A model generated the notes under the pieces. That model was given only the letters and a program-made list of their open reading frames with translations, ran no database searches and was not told the DNA's origin. The translations under genes were made by a program, and so were the position numbers. This document shows, one piece after another, positions 58,223 through 64,000 of a stretch of 64,000 bases of DNA. The first letter of the stretch is position 1, and every line of letters starts with the position of its first letter. Source of the DNA: Deferribacterales bacterium (GTDB lineage: Bacteria > Chrysiogenota > Deferribacteres > Deferribacterales > Geovibrionaceae); contig JBFWJS010000002.1 of assembly GCA_050253075.1 (NCBI GenBank), positions 448,001-512,000 on the forward strand. Reading direction: 5' to 3'.

Positions 58223-59914
58223 TTACTTCAGCAGCATTTCGTTTATTGCGGCGCCCGCAGGGATCATCGGGAAGACGTTCTCTTCTCTATCCACAACGAA
58301 GTCCATAATTACAGGTTTGTCCTTGATCTTAAGGGATTCCCTGATAGCATCCTCTACGTCCTCTTTCTTTTCGATACGCATACCGACAGCGTTGAAAGAT
58401 TCTGCGAGTTTAACGAAATCCGGCTGGCAGTCGAGACAGCATTCGCTGTATCTGTTGTTGAAGAACATGTTCTGCCACTGGCGGATCATACCGAGATATT
58501 TGTTGTTAAGTATCGCTACTTTAACGGCAACGTTATACTGAACGGCAGTACATATCTCCTGTATGTTCATCATGAATGAGCCGTCACCGGCTATGTCGAA
58601 AACCTCTCTGTCAGGGCAGCCGAGCTTTGCGCCTATAGCAGCGGGGAAGCCGTAGCCCATTGTTCCCAGACCGCCTGAGGAGACGAACTGGCGAGGTTTA
58701 TCGTATTTATAAAACTGTCCCGCCCACATCTGGTTCTGGCCAACTTCTGTACAGATGATGGCATCGCCCTTTGTAACTTTGTAGATGGATTCCACAACGA
58801 ACTGAGGCTTTATGATGTCTGTTGTGCGGTCATAGTCGAAAGGATGTTTTGCATCCCATGCTTTAATTTTTGCCATCCAGTCTTTTCTGGCGTTCATGTT
58901 TTTGTCCCAGTTGTATTTATCCATCTCACCTAGGATCTGGTTAAGCACAACCTTACAGTCGCCAACGATAGGAACGTCTATCTTAACGTTCTTACTGATG
59001 CTGGAAGGGTCGACGTCGATATGAGCGATGCTCGCATTAGGAGCGAATCCGTCAAGACGTCCTGTGGAACGGTCGGAGAACCTTGTTCCCACGGCAAGGA
59101 TAAAGTCTGGCTCTGCCATTGCCATGTTCGAAGCATAGTTTCCGTGCATGCCGAGCCATCCGATATAGTTATCGTGTGTGCCCGGGATACCGCCCTGCCC
59201 GAGGAAGGATGATATAACGGGAACTCCCGTCATTTCGGAGAACTTTGTCATCTCTTCGTGAGCTTCGGAGATAACAACACCGCCGCCCATATATATTACC
59301 GGCTTTTTCGCACCTTCGAGGAGACGGAGCATCTTTTTAATCTGCCCTGTGTGTCCTTTTACGGTCGGGTTATAGCCTGGAAGTTCGATTTTGCTAGGCC
59401 ATTTGAACTCAGCTTTCTGAGACATAATGTCCTTTGGAAGGTCGATAACAACAGGTCCCGGACGTCCGGTAGCGGCGATGTGATACGCCTCTCTGATAAC
59501 TGTTGTGATCTCGTCTGCGCTGGAGAGCAGGTAGCTGTGCTTTACTATCGGTCTTGTGATACCGATTATGTCTGCTTCCTGAAATGCGTCTCCCCCGATG
59601 AGTGTGGTAGCAACCTGACCTGTGAATACAACCATAGGTACAGAGTCCATCTGCGCATTGCAGATACCTGTAACGAGGTTTGTAGCACCGGGGCCTGATG
59701 TACCGAAGCAAACGCCGACTTTACCCGTGGCTCTTGCATATCCGTCAGCAGCGTGTATACCGCCCTGTTCGTGTCTTGGGAGAATGTGTTTGATGTCTGA
59801 GTCGAAAAGTGTGTCGTAAACACCGAGAAGAACACCGCCGGGATAACCGAAGATAAGGTCTGTTCCCTGTTTACGCAGTGATTCTACGAGGATTTCTGCT
59901 CCTGTCATTTTCAT
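58223..59914 (-). CDS. ilvB: Acetolactate synthase large subunit
   Basis: FGYPGG, RHEQG, TSGPGATN, SGGLGTMG, GDGS ThDP motif; start moved to ATG 59914. Confidence 0.96.
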   Translation of the reverse strand: MKMTGAEILVESLRKQGTDLIFGYPGGVLLGVYDTLFDSDIKHILPRHEQGGIHAADGYARATGKVGVCFGTSGPGATNLVTGICNAQMDSVPMVVFTGQVATTLIGGDAFQEADIIGITRPIVKHSYLLSSADEITTVIREAYHIAATGRPGPVVIDLPKDIMSQKAEFKWPSKIELPGYNPTVKGHTGQIKKMLRLLEGAKKPVIYMGGGVVISEAHEEMTKFSEMTGVPVISSFLGQGGIPGTHDNYIGWLGMHGNYASNMAMAEPDFILAVGTRFSDRSTGRLDGFAPNASIAHIDVDPSSISKNVKIDVPIVGDCKVVLNQILGEMDKYNWDKNMNARKDWMAKIKAWDAKHPFDYDRTTDIIKPQFVVESIYKVTKGDAIICTEVGQNQMWAGQFYKYDKPRQFVSSGGLGTMGYGFPAAIGAKLGCPDREVFDIAGDGSFMMNIQEICTAVQYNVAVKVAILNNKYLGMIRQWQNMFFNNRYSECCLDCQPDFVKLAESFNAVGMRIEKKEDVEDAIRESLKIKDKPVIMDFVVDREENVFPMIPAGAAINEMLLK

Positions 59915-60122
59915 ATAAAAAACTCCTCGCTTCAATTATTAACCGTTGTCTTATGTATAATTTACCCGAAGAGCGAAAGTGTTGACGGCTCTTCCCGATA
60001 AATCCCACCTACTCCAGAGCAACGGCCCGAAGCTAAAAATGTATGACGGCAGAACAGCATCTGTGTCGATACTGTACTCCTTTGCCGGAAAAACAGCAGA
60101 ATGTTTCACCGGCGGGTCTACT

Positions 60123-60151
60123 GTTATAAAGTACAAAACGGATAGTTTCAA
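60123..60151 (-). promoter_or_regulatory. Sigma-70 promoter about 200 nt upstream of ilvB
   Basis: TTGAAA-N17-TATAAC on the minus strand. Confidence 0.6.
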
Positions 60152-60232
60152 CCCTTAAATTCAAAAAAGCCCGTTTCAACCCCTAGCCCCTCAAAAGTTT
60201 TGTTGCCGAATCTCTATAACAAACAAAGCTAC

Positions 60233-60313
60233 GTCATTCTGAGCGTAGTGAAGAATCTGATACCATTAGAGAGTCCACATGTTCAGATCCTTCGGCTAAA
60301 GCCTCAGGATGAC
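60233..60313. repeat. Palindromic intergenic repeat, copy 5
   Basis: GTCATTCTGAGCGTAGTGAAGAATCT..AGATCCTTCG..CTCAGGATGAC. Confidence 0.8.
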
Positions 60314-60334
60314 TAAAAAATTTTCCTGAAACAT

Positions 60335-60370
60335 AAAAACCCCAATCTTATTATTAAAATTGGGGTTTTT
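60335..60370. terminator. Terminator after ilvD
   Basis: AAAAACCCCAAT...ATTGGGGTTTTT. Confidence 0.7.
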
Positions 60371-60518
60371 CTTATTTTACTTCAAAATTTCGACACGTCT
60401 TTTAAGTCCCTTGGTTTCAACCCTGATTTTAAGAGCTGAAGCAGGCTTTGATATTAAATTATTCAGTCATCCTGAGCCTGTTGATGATTGACAAACTACG
60501 CAATGACTTAAATTTTTG

Positions 60519-62363
60519 CTACTTTTCCAGCTGGGAAACGTCGCGTACAGCACCACGGGCAGCACTTGTGGTCATAGCCGCATATGCTCTGAGCGCCTGA
60601 GATACTTTTCTTTCACGCTTAACAGGTTTCCATGCTTTTGCGCCTTTTGCTTCCATAGCTTTGCGTCTCTCTGCGAGTACGGCATCGGAAACACCTATCT
60701 CTATCTTTCTGTTTGGTATGTCGATGTTGATAGTGTCGCCCTCTTCGATCAGACCGATGTTTCCGCCTTCGGCTGCTTCGGGTGAAGCGTGTCCGATGGA
60801 AAGGCCTGATGTACCTCCGGAGAAACGTCCGTCTGTGACGAGTGCGCATGATTTGCCGAGTCCCTTAGACTTTATATAGCTTGTAGGGTACAGCATTTCC
60901 TGCATACCCGGGCCGCCTTTGGGGCCTTCGTAGCGCACGATGACGACATCGCCCGCCTTTACCTTATCACTCAGTATGCCTGCTACGGCTTCGTCCTGAC
61001 TTTCAAATATGCGTGCAGGGCCTGAAAATTTAAGGATGCTGGCATCCACGCCTGCGGTCTTAACGATACAGCCTTCCTCGGCAAAGTTTCCGTAAAGGAC
61101 TGCGAGTCCGCCGTCCTGACTGTATGCGTGTGCTTTATCTCTGATGCATCCGCTCTCGCGGTTTGTGTCGAGTGACTGAGTCTTGCTCTGGCTGAAAGGT
61201 TCGAGCGTAGGCACGTTCCCCGGCGCAGCACTGAATCTCTTCTCTGCTGCTTTGCTGGTCATGACGTCCCATTTAGCAATAACTTCGCCTATGGTCTCCT
61301 GCTGAACGGTGGACTCATCTTTATTGATCAGCCCGGCACGGTCAAGCTCGGCGAGGATACCTATTACGCCCCCTGCACGGTGTACGTCTTCCATATGGTA
61401 TTCCTGTGTGGAAGGAGCAACCTTGCAAAGGTGCGGAACAACACGGGAAAGTCTGTCGATGTCCTTCATGGTAAAGTCTACACCTGCCTCCTGCGCAACG
61501 GCAAGAAGGTGAAGAACTGTATTGGTAGAACCGCCCATGGCTATATCAAGGGACATGGCGTTCTCGAATGTTTTCTTTGTAGCTATCGAACGAGGCAGGA
61601 CGGATGTGTCGTCCTTTTCATAATATGCACGGCAGATGTCCACTATGCGTCTGCCCGCTTCGAGGAAGAGCTCTTTACGCTCGGAGTGTGTCGCCACAAG
61701 GCTTCCGTTACCGGGGAGAGCCATACCGAGAGCTTCGGCGAGGCAGTTCATGGAGTTCGCTGTAAACATACCGGAGCACGAACCGCATGTAGGGCATGCA
61801 GAACGCTCCATTATGAGGCAGTCTTCGTCAGAAACCTGATCGTTAACAGCCGCCACCATAGCATCAATGAGGTCCATCTTTGTCGGTGCTCCGCCTACTT
61901 CCGCCTTACCCGCTTCCATAGGGCCGCCTGATACGAATATCGCAGGGATATTCAGACGCATGGCTGCCATCAGCATCCCCGGTGTGATCTTGTCACAGTT
62001 AGAGATGCAGACGAGTGCATCGGCGCAGTGTGCGTTTGCCATATATTCAACAGAGTCTGCAATGACCTCTCTGGAAGGAAGGCTGTAGAGCATTCCGTCG
62101 TGACCCATAGCGATACCGTCGTCGATGGCGATGGTGTTCATCTCCTTAGCGACACCGCCCGCCCTTTCGATCTCTTCGGCGACAAGCTGTCCGAGGTCTT
62201 TCAGGTGTACGTGTCCGGGGACAAACTGGGTGAATGAGTTCACCACTGCGATGATGGGTTTGTTTTCAAAGTCTGATTCTTTCATACCCGTAGCACGCCA
62301 AAGGGCACGTGCGCCGGCCATATTTCTACCTTTTGTACTGGTATGGGAACGATATGCAGGCAT
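60519..62363 (-). CDS. ilvD: Dihydroxy-acid dehydratase
   Basis: [58 protein letters not shown]. Confidence 0.97.
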   Translation of the reverse strand: MPAYRSHTSTKGRNMAGARALWRATGMKESDFENKPIIAVVNSFTQFVPGHVHLKDLGQLVAEEIERAGGVAKEMNTIAIDDGIAMGHDGMLYSLPSREVIADSVEYMANAHCADALVCISNCDKITPGMLMAAMRLNIPAIFVSGGPMEAGKAEVGGAPTKMDLIDAMVAAVNDQVSDEDCLIMERSACPTCGSCSGMFTANSMNCLAEALGMALPGNGSLVATHSERKELFLEAGRRIVDICRAYYEKDDTSVLPRSIATKKTFENAMSLDIAMGGSTNTVLHLLAVAQEAGVDFTMKDIDRLSRVVPHLCKVAPSTQEYHMEDVHRAGGVIGILAELDRAGLINKDESTVQQETIGEVIAKWDVMTSKAAEKRFSAAPGNVPTLEPFSQSKTQSLDTNRESGCIRDKAHAYSQDGGLAVLYGNFAEEGCIVKTAGVDASILKFSGPARIFESQDEAVAGILSDKVKAGDVVIVRYEGPKGGPGMQEMLYPTSYIKSKGLGKSCALVTDGRFSGGTSGLSIGHASPEAAEGGNIGLIEEGDTINIDIPNRKIEIGVSDAVLAERRKAMEAKGAKAWKPVKRERKVSQALRAYAAMTTSAARGAVRDVSQLEK

Positions 62364-62467
62364 AGCATCCTCTCTGTTTAGTTTATATAGATGTTTAATC
62401 TAATGAATTTAACTCTGTTAAACAAGATTGAATTTAAAATTTCGCTCTTTAAATTGTCTCATGATTT

Positions 62468-62941
62468 ATGTATATTCCACGTATGGATGAAAAAACACAG
62501 TTTCAGGCATCATACTTAATGACGGAAAAGCTCTACCGCACGATGGTATACGGGATATTCCTCTATCCCCTTTTCGTAGCAGGGGTTGAGACCTTCCATT
62601 GGGGCATTTTCCACTTTCTGAACCATGAAACGGTGAAGAAGATGGGGCTCGTCTTCATGGTGCTGACCATAGCGTCATTCCCGCTGACACACGCCACATA
62701 CAGGCTTTTCACCGGAGGGATAAGCGACATCGCACCACTCGGGCGCAGACTCGTCTATATCGAAATACTGAACATGGGGATATCCGAGCTGATCAGCTTT
62801 TACGGAATAGTGATATACATCACCAGTGCCGATCTGAAGTTCTTTTATCTCTTTTTCATCATATCCTTCATACACCTGCTGACCATCAGACCTAGCCGAA
62901 AAAGGTGGCAAAATCACCTTGATAAGATTTCTGTGCATTAA
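62468..62941 (+). CDS. Hypothetical membrane protein (about 4 TM)
   Basis: 157-aa ORF with four hydrophobic segments. Confidence 0.7.
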   Translation: MYIPRMDEKTQFQASYLMTEKLYRTMVYGIFLYPLFVAGVETFHWGIFHFLNHETVKKMGLVFMVLTIASFPLTHATYRLFTGGISDIAPLGRRLVYIEILNMGISELISFYGIVIYITSADLKFFYLFFIISFIHLLTIRPSRKRWQNHLDKISVH

Positions 62942-62980
62942 ACGGCTTTGCAAAAAAACTTTCTTTTGATAAAATGACTT

Positions 62981-64000
62981 ATGTCTTACTATTCATCAGT
63001 TAAAAAAGTACCCGGCTTTACTCTGCTGGGGCCTATGGTAATGCTTGCGGGGATACTGTTTGCCGTGGATACGGGGATGCGTTATGCGCTTAACCCCGAC
63101 ATGCTGCTCGACCCTGTCAGCAGGTTTTTAGCCATAGCAAATTTTATCATCGTTGCGATATTCGCATTTCTTCTGCTCCAGTCGGGGTATCTTCTCTTTA
63201 AGGGATATGTCTACAGCAGATACATAACGGTCATGGCGCTCGCCCTGTGCTATACGGGGCTGATACTGCGCATATTCCTGCTAGGTGTTTATCCTTTCAG
63301 GTTTAAGATCATTGCGGGGATACTCTTCCTCGCCTTTGTGATACTCTATCTGAACCAGAGGCAGTTCCGTGTGCGCTTCGAGTTTAAGCGTGGGCTGGCG
63401 GGGATATTCATATTCTTCTTCTGGGTGCTGACCCTTATGACGGCGGCATATGCTGCACTCTGGGCAAAGACCAGCTGGAACAACTTCCCCGTATACAACG
63501 AATACAGCTTCGAGGAAAAGCCCTACAGCGACGCTTTCTCTCCGCTTCCGTTCGACTTTAACATCGTAATACCGAAGAACTTTCAGCTTTCGTCCGTGGA
63601 CTCCGACGGAGACAGGATATCCGTCACCTTCCACAATCCCGACTTCGGCTATATCATAATGAATAACAGCTCTTCCCTAGAGCCCGTGTATAAGCGCATG
63701 CGTATATTCGGCTATGAAAACGAGCAGAGCTTCGCCGAGTATTTCTTCCATGAAAAGATAGGTCTCGTCCCCCTCTTCCTGAGGAGTTCGCTCACCAGCC
63801 TCGATGTGAAAGAGTATAACGAAGTGAGCGTCGGCGACCTGAAGCTGTTCCTTGAAAAGAGCGCAGGCGACAACAGCGTTGCACACATATTTAAAAACAA
63901 CAGCCTCATCGGCGAGGTGACAGTCCTCTCCATATCTCCTAGCGACACAGGGCTTTACAACGAGCTTTTCTCCACCATAAAGGAGTACAGGCAGAACAGA
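62981..64000 (+). CDS. Hypothetical membrane protein, truncated by the window edge (absent from the ORF track)
   Basis: Open frame from ATG 62981 (MSYYSSVKKVPGFTLLG...) to the end without a stop; about 5 N-terminal TMs then a soluble domain. Confidence 0.75.
   Translation, partial: MSYYSSVKKVPGFTLLGPMVMLAGILFAVDTGMRYALNPDMLLDPVSRFLAIANFIIVAIFAFLLLQSGYLLFKGYVYSRYITVMALALCYTGLILRIFLLGVYPFRFKIIAGILFLAFVILYLNQRQFRVRFEFKRGLAGIFIFFFWVLTLMTAAYAALWAKTSWNNFPVYNEYSFEEKPYSDAFSPLPFDFNIVIPKNFQLSSVDSDGDRISVTFHNPDFGYIIMNNSSSLEPVYKRMRIFGYENEQSFAEYFFHEKIGLVPLFLRSSLTSLDVKEYNEVSVGDLKLFLEKSAGDNSVAHIFKNNSLIGEVTVLSISPSDTGLYNELFSTIKEYRQNR

Noticed and set aside
59951..60151. 66-aa ORF, or a T-box, upstream of ilvB
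   Set aside because: Its TTG start coincides with the -35 box of the predicted promoter, and the GGTGG lacks the following ACC of a T-box.

Overview
Bacterial chromosomal window. Gene content and style suggest an anaerobic, flagellated respirer such as a Deferribacterota member; this is inference only. From left to right: (1) a compact three-gene unit of [NiFe]-hydrogenase large subunit (no C-terminal extension), Tat-signal small subunit and a heme-c (CxxCH) methyl-accepting chemotaxis receptor, a candidate H2-sensing chemotaxis system and the top finding; (2) argC-argJ; (3) an AT-richer minus-strand island (Maf glycosyltransferase, DUF4910, aminotransferase, aldolase, adenylation enzyme, VOC, cyclase, ACP, methyltransferase, AAC(3)-like transferase) divergent from flaG and a 788-aa flagellin; (4) M24 peptidase, RpoS-like sigma, pcm, argB, PAS kinase, mltB, rpe; (5) a GH57-based glycogen cluster with a degenerate glycogen synthase; (6) ferritin; (7) a sensor kinase/sigma54 regulator pair next to a 9-10-heme cytochrome with a clear -24/-12 promoter and tandem palindromic upstream sites; (8) pseF/H/I/B/C; (9) yedF, rhomboid, hypCD, hflX, where rhomboid and hflX both appear to start at ATA; (10) two tRNA-Ser; (11) ilvD, ilvB-N-C; (12) two membrane proteins. 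Non-coding signals include GGA-loop (CsrA-type) hairpins at several loci and a dispersed GTCAT...ATGAC palindromic repeat family. No CRISPR array, transposase or prophage was seen. All calls come from motif reading, without database searches.
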